Positions 13,877 through 27,042 of a stretch of DNA of 64,000 nt are shown here, one piece after another (position 1 is the stretch's first letter; each line of letters starts with the position of its first letter). Below the pieces are notes generated by a model, which saw nothing but the letters and a program-made list of their open reading frames with translations, did no database searches and was not told the origin of the DNA. Made by a program: the position numbers and the translations under genes. The stretch is from Cirrosporium novae-zelandiae (Eukaryota): contig JAPETS010000034.1 in the NCBI GenBank assembly GCA_026023565.1, forward strand, positions 248,001 through 312,000. The letters are read 5' to 3'.

Positions 13877-15292
13877 CTACGCGGAAGGCGTCGCCACCTC
13901 GCCTGGCCAAGCGGTAGTAATAATATGCTGCCAAGGCTCCAACAGCAACCTCTCCAAAACCGTCTCCCTAACTTCCCTCCTCTTCTCCATCTCGTCCTCC
14001 TCATCCTTAAACCTTTTCCCGATAATCTTGCCCGGATACTCTATATCGAGCCTCTTCTCCACCATTCTCTCGAACATGGGATAGTATTCATGCGCGAGCC
14101 GTTCCTTGCGCTCCCAGTATTCGGTTTCGTTGTGCATTTTTAGAAGGGGATATACTCTTTTCATGGCGATCATGATATCGTCGTGTTTGGCCATGTAATG
14201 GGTGCGTAGAATATCTGACTTTTTGAGGAGGTCCGCTTCCTGGTCTACGAGGAGCAGTTGTTTCCAGAGACTTGTGTACCAGGGTATCTCGAGGCGTTTT
14301 TTCACGATTGAGTGATAATGCTTATAGGCTTCTTCTGATGCTAGGGTGTCCGAGACGAGGTTGCTGAGCTGGTTTTCGAGTTCTGCATAATGAGCTGAAA
14401 TGCGGCCTTCGACCCCGGACCTGATGAAACGCTTCTGGAATATCCTGTCTAGGGTTTTGGGAGATTTTGCGGTTGTTTTTTTGTATAGGGCCCATTCGAT
14501 ATCTGCTCTTTCGTTGAATCTTTGGATGAAGTCTGCAGTGGTTGCGTTTTCGCTGAGCGGTTCCCTGATGGACCAGTCTAATGCTCTGTCCAAACTGGGC
14601 CCTTCGATTTGGGCAGGTCTCATTTGATCCGTCGGATATAGGTATTTGAAATGGCACATGAAAACGTACATTATTATTAGGTATAGCAGAACGGATATCG
14701 TAGCTATGTCTCTGAACAACTTCGCGGCGGCAAGGACATCTGATCCTTGAAAGCTAGGGGTCCGAGATGCATTTCTGCCCCTGGTTGGAACATCCCGCGC
14801 CGATGAAGCTGATGCGACCGAAGAACCACCAAATACACTTATCGGAACGGACCTCATCCACGCGAGAAAAGGCGCTTGCGACCTAGTTTCATAGACTGAG
14901 CGATCTTTTGATAGAGCAGTAGTGGAGTCCGAGGAAGGCATAGGAGACGGTAAAAATGTCATCTCACTAATATTCCTTGATCTCGCTCTACGATCGGGCG
15001 AAGGTTGTGGACTGGACTTTTGAAACAGATTGCCTTCAAGCAGATTCGACTTGAGCCACTCAAGGTAAGGATACTGACTTCTAGTCCTATAAGGTTCATG
15101 CTCTTCAGAGGAAACAACAGGAGAATCTAAAGATGCCGGAGGACTAGGTGCATAATTGGCAAGGGAAGATTTTGTTCTTTTCCGGCGCGTAGGAGATTGG
15201 GCACTTTCTCTTGCTTTCCTCGCATGAGATCGGGTTTGAGGCGCGGCTGGAGCTGCGGGCTTAGCTAGAACCTTGGCCTTGCGTGGAGGCAT
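13877..15292 (-). CDS. Hypothetical single-pass membrane protein (471 aa)
   Basis: Uninterrupted ORF from ATG at 15292 (MPPRKAK). Basic S/P-rich N-half, one TM segment (ISVLLYLIIMYVFMC), helical C-half. Confidence 0.75.
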   Translation of the reverse strand: MPPRKAKVLAKPAAPAAPQTRSHARKARESAQSPTRRKRTKSSLANYAPSPPASLDSPVVSSEEHEPYRTRSQYPYLEWLKSNLLEGNLFQKSSPQPSPDRRARSRNISEMTFLPSPMPSSDSTTALSKDRSVYETRSQAPFLAWMRSVPISVFGGSSVASASSARDVPTRGRNASRTPSFQGSDVLAAAKLFRDIATISVLLYLIIMYVFMCHFKYLYPTDQMRPAQIEGPSLDRALDWSIREPLSENATTADFIQRFNERADIEWALYKKTTAKSPKTLDRIFQKRFIRSGVEGRISAHYAELENQLSNLVSDTLASEEAYKHYHSIVKKRLEIPWYTSLWKQLLLVDQEADLLKKSDILRTHYMAKHDDIMIAMKRVYPLLKMHNETEYWERKERLAHEYYPMFERMVEKRLDIEYPGKIIGKRFKDEEDEMEKRREVRETVLERLLLEPWQHIITTAWPGEVATPSA

Positions 15293-16160
15293 TTTGAATC
15301 CGGAATTATGGCCTTGTTGATGGTCTATTTGCCGTGGAGTCCTTAGGAATTCGGTCGAGGTCAATCGAACTCAATCTGTATTTCCCCCTAGACGCTATAT
15401 CAACAATATATATAAACCTCGCTATCTATAGTAGTATGGATGATTATTCGAGAAAAGGACAAACTCTTAGTGATAATTGTTGCTAGTAGCATATTTTCCA
15501 GCGGAAGGGGATTGTGATTCTTATTCTTTATTTCGGACCAACTACATAGGAAATTGTCTTTAATGATTATTCCGTTTTCGTATGAATATAAAGAAAATAA
15601 AACCATGTTGTATTCCTTTGTCCCTGTCGAACTCAGACGATCTATTAAGGCACAAGTTTTTTCGAAACCGAGAGAAACAGTGAAGCCGGAACAACTGCAA
15701 TACTGTTGTATCTGGCAAGCATGATATTTAGATGAAGTATGAACGTTCAAGGCTTGTTCCAGATGCGATAGTATACCTTAACGTTGAACAACGTTGGGAC
15801 TCTGAGACAACAGTTACGGTGTGAGTCGACTTTGTAGAATATTAGTTGACATGCCAGAAGTGTCATCATAGTAGCTTAAATTGTATCGTCAGCATTATGT
15901 TGCAAGTCAGTATTTAAAGTGAGCAACGGGTTGATGAAGTCTCAGCTAGAGATATTTATTAATGAATGTAGATATGAAGTTAACAGGGACCGCCGTAGCT
16001 TAAGCGAGGTGGCGAATAATTTGGTAGAAACATCTGCGATATTTCCGTTTTCGGCATTTTCACTATTTCCTTGACCCTGGAATTTCATGAAAGTCTAGAT
16101 CAGCACAGAGGCATAAAAGTCACAATGTGTCTATATATTAGCTCGCATAAAGAGCTAATT

Positions 16161-17863
16161 TTACGCTGTCCAACGCCAATTCGGATCCTTGGATCCCCCT
16201 ATTAAGCTACCTGTTGGCACATCTGCTGCAGTTAAGTTTACCCCTTGAGCCTTGTTTCGGCGATGATTGTCCATCCTAAACCACATGCCAAGTGATATGA
16301 GAATTATAATGCCCACAACTTGAAAAACACAAGCGACGATAAGGGCAGGCATGTATTTCGGTGCTGTTTTTGCATTGAATGACAAACTCGATACAATTCC
16401 TGCACTATTGGCCGCACCAACTAGAAACCCAGTAACTGCTGCTCTTTGGCTTTCCGCGGCAACATTGTTGGTATGCCAAGTATGGAACAGACAGCTAGGC
16501 GCAAAAGCTCCAGAACAGAGTAGGAAACAGGCAAAATAGGTTACTCCTTTATGAGTCTCGGAATCAACGGCGATGAGGATAATGTAACCAATGAAGGTCA
16601 ATAGTAGGCTGAAGGACATGTGGAAAGAACGTTCTCGGAAATGGTCTGAGGATTTGCAGAGGGCGAGAAGAACAACGGTGCCCACGCAATATGGAGCTAC
16701 TGTATATAAATTCGTTTTGACAGTTGAATACCCCAGGCGCTTTACCATCTGTGGAAGAAAGTTGCTCACAGAAGCCTGGGCAATGCCATAACAGAAACAG
16801 CTAGTAGCCCAGGTAAAGATACGCCAGTCGACGATTGCAGAAAGGGCTTCGCGAAGGTTAAATTCTTCGTCTGTTTTTATTGAACCATCTTGAAGGAGTC
16901 GGAGCTCCTCAACGAGAGATTCCTCTTCAGTGAACCAGTGGCATTTAGACCCACTTTTAGGCAGATGGAAGAATGCCAAAATGGCTGTTAATATGGTGCC
17001 GCTACCTTCAATGATGAACAAATATTTCCACCCAGGAATTGAGGGGTCTTTAATCTGAAAGACGCCAAAGGAAATCAATCCAGAGAATGCACCTATATAA
17101 TATTTAGTAAATTTTAGCACAACCTCGATGGTTTAGTCTTACCTGCAACAGTTGTTGTGCCGTAGAAGATGGATAGTCGAAAAGCAATCTCATTTCTCTT
17201 GTAGAATTGAGTAAGATAGAATATCACCCCAGCTATTTAGACACTAGGTCAATCCAGATTTTTATTGTATGTATAATGATTCCAGCTCACCAAAGAACCC
17301 AGCTTCGAAAGCGCCCATAAGGAGACGGCAGGCTAGAAGGCCTCCCCAGTTATATGCCGCACATTGTAAAAGAGTAACTGATCCCCTAGAGTATCGTCAG
17401 AGCACTGGAATATGAACACAGACCCTGTATCCATTCTTACCATCCAACCATCATTGTGGGAAGCATTATTTTGCCACTAAATCTCTTTAGAAGAAGATTG
17501 GATGGAAGATCCAGGCCACAAAAGGTGATATAAAAGAGGACAAGCGTCAAAGAGTATTCGTTTCCCTTTAAACCAAGGTCCTCTTCGAGGCCATCTGTTT
17601 TGGCATTACCGAGATTGCTGCGATCGAGGGAATTGAAGAAGTACATGAGAGACAACACGGGTAAGAGCCTGGAGAAAATGTTAATGAATTTATAAGACGA
17701 ACCAAGATTGACAGGCTTGCCTGAAGTCAAGCTTCCTCAAGATTGAAGCTTCAATTTGAGGATCGAGCTGTACCACTTGGGAAACCACCTCGCCAGCTTC
17801 TTCTGATGTGGCAGATGCACTAACTTTGCCAACATCAACCTTGGCTCCCTTTGAATCAGCCAT
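16161..17863 (-). CDS. MFS transporter, anion:cation symporter family (allantoate/nicotinate permease-like)
   Basis: ILRKLDF/RLLPVLSLMYFFNSLDRSNLGNAK and WKYLFIIEG motifs; several GT-AG introns. Confidence 0.92.
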
Positions 17864-18630
17864 AGTTTTCAATTGTTAGCTATTCGTACTGTGCCACAAA
17901 GGGGTTATGACAAGCTTCGTAAGAATATTTGGTCCGAGAAGCAGACATAGATCAGGATAATCAAGCTCATTAATAAATTTCAACAGAAGATACCAAACAT
18001 TTCAAGGAATCTCTCCCGCGAAACGTAATAGAAATAGAGAGATAGCAGCTGGGGTAAAGATAAAACAAAGGAGAGAGCCATTATGATTATATCATAAAGC
18101 TACAAGCCGGAGAACAGCTCGCATACATGAGATTCAGCTATAGATAAGGTCTGCAATGATCAACCATGATAGCAACATAAATATCGGTAGTTATAATTGG
18201 TGGGGATGCTCGTTCTCTAGCTGCAGGGACAATCAATCACTGAGGGATGTGTAAGGGTGGCAGCAAATGTTGTGTCATGGCCACCACTTTTTTATATGCC
18301 GATTCCAAACGATATAGACTGTATATATCCAAAGACGACACATTGAACCTATGGAATGATAATGAGAGAGTAGAGAGTACAGACAAGCGTGCTTCTAATC
18401 CGCTTTGGTGGGGGTTTCTCGGGTGTCGGCATTAAGCGATCGGGTCGACATTCTCCGACAATCAATCACTTCTTATCGCTGATTCTTATACAATGACATG
18501 GTGGAGTATTCCTAAGTCACAATTGAGTACTACTTTCTATATTCTATTTTAATGACTAGACTATGGAATTTATACCCCCATTAATGGGCAATTCATGTCC
18601 CTATTTTGCCCATAAAACAAATCGTCCACC

Positions 18631-20165
18631 ATGACTTCCAATATAGCCCTAGCCGAGAAAGACTCCCCTATTGCCATTGTCGGTGCCGGAATCTTTGGAT
18701 TGAGCTCTGCTATACATCTTGCTGAAAGAGGATTTCAACATGTCACTGTTTTTGACAAGCAATCCTACTTCGAGACTGAATACTCCTTTGCCAAAGGCTG
18801 TGACGCTGCATCCGCAGGTATCCCTCCAAGGGCTCCCCACCCTCCCCCAAACAAAGCAATTTCATCTAACGACAGACTCAAGATGCAAACAAAATTATCC
18901 GAGCAGCATACGGCGATGAAGTGATTTATCAGAATCTTACCTTCGAAGCCATGAAAGAATGGGAAGCATGGAATCAACACCTTACACAAGGAGAAGATCT
19001 ACCTCCGGGCATGACCCGCAACGATCGGATATTCGTAAAAGGTGGAAACTATCGTCTTTCCGATAACGCAGACCTCAGTCCATTCGAAAAGCTATCTATC
19101 AAGAATATCTCAGAGGCAGGGTATCCTGATTCCCAATACGTACTCGGAAATCCAGAAGAGGTCGCACGAGCTAAGCGCGATGGCTGGGTTCATGCGATCG
19201 ACCCTTTCAATCGCGCAAAGGATGGCAAACACACAGGATATTTGGATGCGATGAGCGGTTTTGTTTATGCCGACAAGGCCTGTCGCTACGCCCTCCACAA
19301 AGCGAAAGGCCTCGGGGTCAAATTTACACTCGGCGACCCGCAAGGCAAATTCCAGGCTTTCAAGGAAGAAAACGGAAAGATAACCGGCATCGAAACTGCA
19401 GACGGCTTATTTCATCCCGCAAAACTAACCATCATGGCATGCGGAGGCTGGACCCCGAGCCTCGTACCGGAGATGGACGGCCTATGCGAAACCACAGCCG
19501 GCTCAGTCGCAACCATCCAGATCCCAAGGGACTCCCCCCTCTACTCGCGCTTCGCGCCCGAGAATTTCCCAGTCTGGACATGGAAGATGCGTGGCGGGGA
19601 ATTAGGAAACCTGTACGGGTTCCCACGCGACGAGCAAGGCTCCATGAAGCTCGGATACCGAGGAACGAAATACACCAACCCGCAATCCCAGCCCGATGGC
19701 GTGCGCAGCATACCCATCACAAAATGGACAACCCCTTCAATCTCACGCCTCCCAGATAAATCCATCCAGATCATCCGCTCCTTCCTAGACACGTTTCTGC
19801 CGGAGCTCGGCCAGAACGGCATCAATATCTCCGGCACCCGCCTCTGTTGGTACACAGATTCATTCGACAACCAGTACGTGATCGACGCCGTGCCGCAGAA
19901 GCCAGGCGTGATGGTCGTGACCGGCGGAAGCGGCCACGCCTTCAAGTTCCTCCCGATCATCGGCCGTTTTGTTGCCGATCGCGTTGAGGGAAAGCCGACG
20001 GAGCTTCTGGAGGTCTGGCGGTGGCGCCAGCTTCAGCCGGGTCAGAAACCGTTTAATGTGCTGATGCAGGGGATGGGGAACCCGAAGGCGCTGAGGAATG
20101 TGAAGATGGCGGGGGATGAGGATCTCGTTCTTGGGAAAAAGTTGAAGACGGCTCTGAAATTATAG
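18631..20165 (+). CDS. FAD-dependent amine oxidase (fructosyl-amino acid / sarcosine / pipecolate oxidase family)
   Basis: Rossmann GAGIFG; spliced ASADANKIIR (intron 18818-18882); RLCWYTD with the family's FAD-linking Cys; GGSGHAFKFLP. Confidence 0.92.
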
Positions 20166-20734
20166 TTTTTTCTCTTTCTTTTGTTTATGTGTCCGCCCCC
20201 CTTTTTCTCTCTCTAGTATTATCCAACCCTAACTTAGTCGTTATAAAAGCATTAGATAATTAGATCCTGTGTCATGACCACAAACACACAACTATGCCAC
20301 CAACACGCTTCTAATCTCAAATCTCCCATCTCCTATCAGCTTAGCCATTACTTCTATCTAAATACTCTATAATATCTCCTGGCAAAGCTAGCATCCCCAC
20401 TACCCAACACTACGAACCCCTAACACGATTACACCAAATACTACCACATAGGTTTCCAAACTCACTTTCAACGTAAACATCATGTAAATTGATTTAGCAA
20501 AAAAAATTCGTCAGATCAGAGGACAAAACATTTAAACTAAAAGAGTGACTGAAAAACACGCAAGAAGGTACTTTCCCATCTCGTTGCTGGGGGGGATTCA
20601 AATCAAACGCTTCGGGGCTCTCGGGTTTAGTTGAACCCCCTACCAAGGGGTCCAAGCCAGGTTCTCAAATTCTGTGCCCTCGCTGTCGCTGTTGATGTTC
20701 AACCGACCGTAATCCTCACCTTCTTCGTGTATTC

Positions 20735-23700
20735 TTAATTCAGATATTTCATTTGAAACTTTAGAACTTCAATATCTCCGCCTAGGGATTGCAAGCTATT
20801 ATATCCGTCGGGAGTTTTTGTCAGTAGAACATTGTCAGATACCCTGCGCCCTAGAACCCCTTGAAAAAGATACTTGCTCCTGGGACTGAAAACATGTATC
20901 CGCACTATACTTCCATCTTCGATATCGCCCTCCTTGTCTCCGGACTCGGGCACAAATCCGAAGTATCCTGCATATTCAGGAGAGCCCCAGACACACAGAT
21001 ATGCTGTTCCGATTGTGGATAGCGTGGACCAGGTGGAAGATAGCACAAAGTCAGATTTCTTGGGAAACGAGATTTTGTAACGTTGATTGTAAGATAACTA
21101 TCGGAACAGTCAGACTCGGCTAAAATATTCAAAATAAAATTTGGGAAAAGATAAATACCCTTTGAGATTTTTCTGGATCGGCTGCGGCCATCATTTGAAC
21201 TCTCAACGTGCTAGATTCCACATCGCCTTCAACTAGCCTGGATGAGTAACACCCGATACCACTCATCTCCTTTACCTCAATTCTTGGGCTTTGGCTCGGC
21301 CAATCACGGTAACACCTCTTATGCTGCTTAGCTGCAGCGTCTGCATCGTGTGTTATCTTATGGACTATAGTACCGTGAGCATTTTTCATAACAATAAACA
21401 CTAGTGTAACTAACGAAGGTTTGTTTTGAGTGTGGATGAGAGATACTTTTCCGTATTGCAGACATTCAGTCTGAAGTCGCACCCGAGATTAGACAGAATA
21501 ATTCTTTTTCCCAACATTATCATCTTGAATCTCTCGGGTTCCTTGTCGAAGCCGGGAATTTGGCCAATTAGATCGATAAGAGGAATAAGTTTTTCTTGCT
21601 GGAAGGCCGTTAGTCTCCTAGATCTTGTGAAAAGGCTGGTAGCCAATTCGTTACCTTGATTACTCGCCAGTTGTAGAAATTAGATACGGTGGAACACCAG
21701 GCCGGAGGACTATGATAAACCAGAGTTATCAGTATGAACTTGATGCCACTGTGCCGAATGGGAATAGGTCTTATTTGCACTACAACTTACTCGTTGCATA
21801 GCAGCGTATCACCGCCCTGGGCCTCCCATGTCATCGAATTGTGGCTGTCGCTTTTCTGTGTACTGTCTGTTGTAGAGTCCCGAGTTTCGTGGCTTGCACT
21901 GACGGATCCCCCGACCCATGGCGTCGAGAAGGAAAGTTTAGCAGATGCTTTCATTTGGTTGGCCCTTTCGGCGAAGTTGCTTCCTGACACGACTTTCGAG
22001 GCTTCTGATGAGTGAAGTCGGCCTCCAAGTTCAACGCGTCTTACGAAGAAATACCCTTGGGAGGAAATAAGCAGAGTTTCCTATTTGTGCTTCCAAAAAC
22101 ATACCATATTTTTTGTAGAACTCTTCCACAGTCTTTTCGTCATCGACTTGTTTGAGGTCCTCTTCTAATTCCCTTGAGAGCTGGAGAGAGTCTGCGTCCA
22201 ACTCCAGAACAACACGAGGAAACTGTTTCCTGTCAGCCATAGTTACATGGCTAGGAGAGGCTTCGTAGACACTTACATTGTATGAAATATTCATATCCCT
22301 AGTATCCGTACTATTACTCTCACTTTTACTATCTGTACTACTGGTACTATGCCCAACAGAAGCCCCAACCGAGAAGCCACAAGCACCACCAGACCTTGAA
22401 ATAGCGTTAGCGAAATATACCTTATCAAATATTCAATGCTAGCTGCTTACATGGATGCCTCTACTATTGTCTCGGCAAATGCGCTTCGTGCCATGGATTG
22501 GTTAAAGGAGCCACTCGTCTCGAACACATCGACGTAAGAATCATCTGCAACTCGGAAAGGCGGGATTTGAAGTAGTTGCTTTGAACAGTCAGCTTGAAAC
22601 TATCAATAATTTTCTATTCAAGGATAGGAATACATCGGAGGTCTCGATACCAAGTCCAGACGGGATATCAGTGTACCGAAATGTTCTAGGTTTCAGATCG
22701 AACGCTTTAATAGTACTAACCATCAGCTCATCTAGCTCACAAGATGTCTAAGATAATTACATACCAGAATACAAAGCACGCTCGACACCTTTCGGAGCAA
22801 ATTTACTTCCAGCTTTGCTGTCCGACTCTTCTGTTACGGCTTTGTAGCCATACAGGAGATTGTTGGTCCTGATCACAACATTCCAGTGGCTCTCAGTCAT
22901 GTCCGCCGGAAAACTAAATTGTAAGTTTATTTTATCACAAATTGAAGCCTAAAGAAAGGAGGCGGCAAATGAGCTTACATTGTCTCATTCCAGACCTGGC
23001 TAGCCACCAGAGAAATGAAGGGATCTCGCGATGACATATCGTTTTCACTGCCATCAACGTATTTTTGGAGAAATGCCGTTCTTGCTTCGTCTGGACTGAG
23101 AGAAATCCTATTCACAGCAGTCTTGATATACACCTCATACCTCTGGATTGAAATGTTTTTGGCTGGCGTCTCTACCTATACGAATATTAGAAAAAACTGC
23201 GACTGCCTCATAGAGAGATACATACATCTGGGGATTTCATTCCCCCGTTCATGCCAACATAAACATAAAACAGAACATCGTCACTAACGTTGGCCCCTTG
23301 CTTCGTGCAAAAGGGGGCCGTGGTACTGATGGATTATGAGCTTGAGCATCTGATAAGAGCTAATCATTTGTAAGACCCGCAAACCTACTGTTGTGATTCC
23401 AACGAGCCATCTATAGTGAGCAATTTCCGGAGTCTTGCTAAATCTGCACCGTCCAAGCAACCCGCTAGTCCAATAGAGCTACACCTCAGATTGGTAGTCT
23501 TTTTTGATCTTTTATCAAGGGCGATGATATCGAGCACAAGCCTAGTGCCTTCAACGATAGTGCCTAAAAAAACAAAAGTTATCAAAGGGTTAGCCGTTGA
23601 ATTATTGTATCCTCCTACTTAAAGGAATAGCCCATGGAAGACATACTTTCATTTTGCTTTGCATCAGTAGAATCACCTTCGGGTTTTGCTACGAAGCATA

Positions 23701-23886
23701 TATATTGTTAGTCTTTTGGCATATAAAAGATTTAGTATTGTTGAAAATTCTGCGGAAATACGCACGCATCATTTCCGCCACATCATCTTCAACGTCAGCC
23801 ACACCACCAGCAGTGTCGGTAGTGACGTCCTTTGCGATCTCCTCCATGCTATTACCAACATTCTTAACAGATGGAAAGGCAAACAT
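20735..23886 (-). CDS. MACPF (membrane-attack complex/perforin) domain protein, no signal peptide, many short exons
   Basis: Spliced reading gives the MACPF signature FYKKYGYFFVRRVELGG (intron 22056-22104), followed by WEAQGGDTLLCNDPPAWCSTVSNFYNWRVIK; upstream PADMTESHWNVVIRTNNLLYG...VERALYS. The exons checked join in frame through GT-AG introns to TAA at 20735. Confidence 0.85.
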
Positions 23887-25165
23887 GGTAGAATTACTAG
23901 TGTCTGAGCTTTGGAAAGAACACTTTCAATAGTAGGTCAACAATTGAGGTGAATCGAGGCGGTCGGTCTGTTAAATGGCTGAGAGTCAAAAGGGCGTTGC
24001 GATGACTGAGAAATCCGAGTAGAATTTATATTTTTGCAATACTATCAGGAATGATATCTGCTTAGTGATCAGAAGGCTCGTCAATTGAGCCAAGGCCATT
24101 GAATTGAGAGGGGGGGGACGATCTATCAGGTAATCTCGCATACAAAGGTCATATGCGATCGATGTGGTTATCGTCCATGCAGAATGAGCACCAGCAGACA
24201 AGGCCCGAAACATCATGGCAGGATGCATTTTCGAGGATTCTAGGATATATATTCTAGACAGCGTCAATCATCTTTACCGATGGTAAAAGTTGGCGAATTT
24301 TCAGGCCATAGAAGTTCGCTTTTGTCTCAACCCCACTTTCTGTCCAACCTACTCAATGCAATCGTTATGACCCCGCCGATCAAACGTCTGCTTAGATCTC
24401 TAGTCATGGGAAGAAAGAGCACGAAAAAATGGGAATTGTAACATGTCAATGATGAAATGGCTTAAAATTAATATTGTCCGAACCCAAAATAATCCTCCCA
24501 ATTCTGCCCAGGTCACTCATCCGTACACAAAATCCCAAGCGTGGTATCAATACTAGTACAGATATATTCAGCTATCGGTGTGAAGGGTGGCAGCATGATG
24601 GCTCTTAGCATCGGGGCGACTATTAGGATGAACAGATAGATTGATATAAGGGTAAGGATTAATTTGATTAATGATACGTACAGTTAAGAGAAGAGGATGG
24701 TGGCTGGAGGAGAAATGTCCAGTAGTAATGGGAGCTCTACATTTAGAGCCCCAACGGATCTGGGTACACAATAGATATTTCTCACAGAAACGCAAAACCA
24801 GGTATATATTGAGCTGCAAGCACTGCGCATTCTTCCATGTACATGTGCTGCATCTAAGGGATACAGAGTGGGGTTAAAGTAGGATGAAGTTCAACAACTC
24901 GAAGCATTGTCGAGGGTTTTATCTCTCCAAAAGCTTGGCGCCAAGGCCTAAACTTGGCTATTTACATCCCCAAACAACAACCTCGCCAGCAATAATAAGA
25001 TAGCTATTCATTTACTTCCGGCCTAAGGACTAAACTTAAGCGGAACCGCAATTTAGATGTGGGGGCTATTGCGATTTTCTATATTTGTCTGCTGACTTCG
25101 GGGTGCTAAGGATAGCTCCTTTTTCTTTCTCAGCATCAATCCCCCCCATTCGCTTAATCTTGTAC

Positions 25166-26400
25166 ATGAATTCTTTAGGTATCCTTACCCATCCAATCCA
25201 TTAACACGAAATGCCGTCTACACACGTCCCTTACCCCACGGAGAACGCCCAGAGCCATCTGCATCGGTGCAGGTGCGTCCGGGTTACTAGTAGCGTATAA
25301 GCTCCACCAGCACTTCAAGGATTTTGAACTCGTGGTCTTTGAGATGAACGTATGCGACCCCAATGGAAATCTTTCGATATTTTGAAGATTTCACTACGAC
25401 ATTCGATTTGTATGAGTATATCTAGCTGCAGCATCAAGTAAGCTATGCCAAGTGGAATCAGGAGAAGGCTGTGTGGTATGTGGAGGTGAAGGATTTACGA
25501 ACAGGAAAAACCATGGAGGATGAGTGCCATGTGTTAGTTAACGCTATGGGTATATTGAATGGGTGGACATATCCAATTATTCCCGGGCTGAATAGTTATA
25601 GTGGGAAGTTGGTTTTTAATCCTACCTGGGACGAGGGACTCGAAGTCGAGAGGAAGGTGGTTGGGGTGATTGGGAATGGGTGAGTTAGCTTAACTGTATA
25701 ATTAAGAGAAAGGGTGGAAAGGGTTGACTTGTGTTACAGACCTACGGATATACAAACCCTGCCTGTCATACAGCCAGAGGCCAAGGAATTAGTTATTTTC
25801 ACCCGAGAGGCAACATGCGTAAGCCTTTCTGGAAGCCAATAACATTTCTTGAGAGCTACCCTTAAATCATTATCCAGATCTCTCCGCCCATTAGTCAGGG
25901 ATTTCAGTTATGCACGAACGAATGTAAGACCCAGTTCGTCCCAATTAAGTGGCGAGATTGAAAAGAACCTCGAAATCAAGCTTGAAACGTTCCACAAACC
26001 CTCGGAAGAAGAGCAAATGCCAAGAACACACATGGTCCCAGACATGAAGACAAAGTTGCTGATTTCAACATTGGGTGTAGAGGACAAGAGAATAACCTCC
26101 AGTCCGAACTAGCTGGAGAATTCAAAGACGGAGAATGGGAAGTACATAATTCCCCTAAATAGTACTTTATAATTAGTTCTCGAGGAATTGGCTGACAAGA
26201 GAATGCAGGTTTCCCTCTTATTCTTATTGGTACCAATACGGAGATATTAAACGATATTTGGAAAGATAGTCCAGGAGGATATTTAGGCATCGCAGCTCCT
26301 GGGCTTCCAAATTATCCTATGGATGATGATAATGTCCTGCCACCGATCGAAGCCACGGTAGGTTACATCATCAAAATGCTAGCGAAATTCCAAAAGGAGT
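25166..26400 (+). pseudogene. Decayed flavin-containing (Baeyer-Villiger-type) monooxygenase
   Basis: Remnant AICIGAGASG and VGVIGNG Rossmann motifs, eroded FMO fingerprint YSGKLVFNPTW, and GYLGIAAPGLPNY. In-frame TAG at 25423-25425, frameshift near the start, GGTW..YPG segment missing. Confidence 0.85.
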
Positions 26401-26541
26401 TCGGGATAGATAATAGAAGGGAAATACCTTGTAATTACCTTTCTTACCCCATAGCCTAGATTCTATGGATTATATCTGAAGTCTAAATCTTTATCTCCAT
26501 CCAATCCATTATATTCTACCTCTCCTCTCCTCAGCGTTTCC

Positions 26542-26790
26542 TTATTTGATTTTCTTGTCTTGGGTAGCAGCTAAATTCCCCCAACTCGAAGCATAGCCAC
26601 CGTCTCCCCCGAGATAAATCTGGCTATTTATCAAGCCTGAGATATTCGCTAGGCTACAGAATAGTGAGATTCCAACACTGCGCTTATAGTCGGGCTTGAT
26701 ATTGTTAGATATCCGGATCAGAAGCAGAAAGTTACAAGGAGATATTCCTGCACCGCAGAGAAGCATAGCGAAGTAGCCAGCGGCGCCCCT
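26542..26790 (-). pseudogene. Fragment of an ACS-family MFS transporter (late TM helices only)
   Basis: GYFAMLLCGAGISP...ISNNIKPDYKRSVGISLFCSLANISGLINSQIY matches the C-terminal part of this family; no other parts found nearby. Confidence 0.65.
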
Positions 26791-26889
26791 CTCGGTCGAC
26801 TACCTTTAGAATATCTTATAAGCAACCTTCCCCCTTTAAAGATTTGAACTGATAGAGTGCCTGTTGCTGAATGCAGGTTTCAGAGGTTA

Positions 26890-27042
26890 TTCTATTTAGC
26901 TAATATTCTCTCTGAAATCAGTGTCGGGCACAAATTGTATGCTGAAAAAAGCGAACGTGAAATTTCTAAGCTCTTTTATGAAAATCAATTCCCAGATATA
27001 ACTAGACCACCTTTGCACGATGTGATTGAGATGTGTTGGTAA
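26890..27042 (+). pseudogene. Fragment of a protein kinase C-lobe
   Basis: LSEISVGHKLYAEKSEREISKLFYENQFPDITRPPLHDVIEMCW* resembles subdomains IX-XI of small fungal kinases; no N-lobe or catalytic loop seen. Confidence 0.55.

Noticed and set aside
20150..20165. Peroxisomal targeting signal on the amine oxidase
   Set aside because: C-terminus is LKL, not the canonical (S/A/C)(K/R/H)(L/M); left uncalled.
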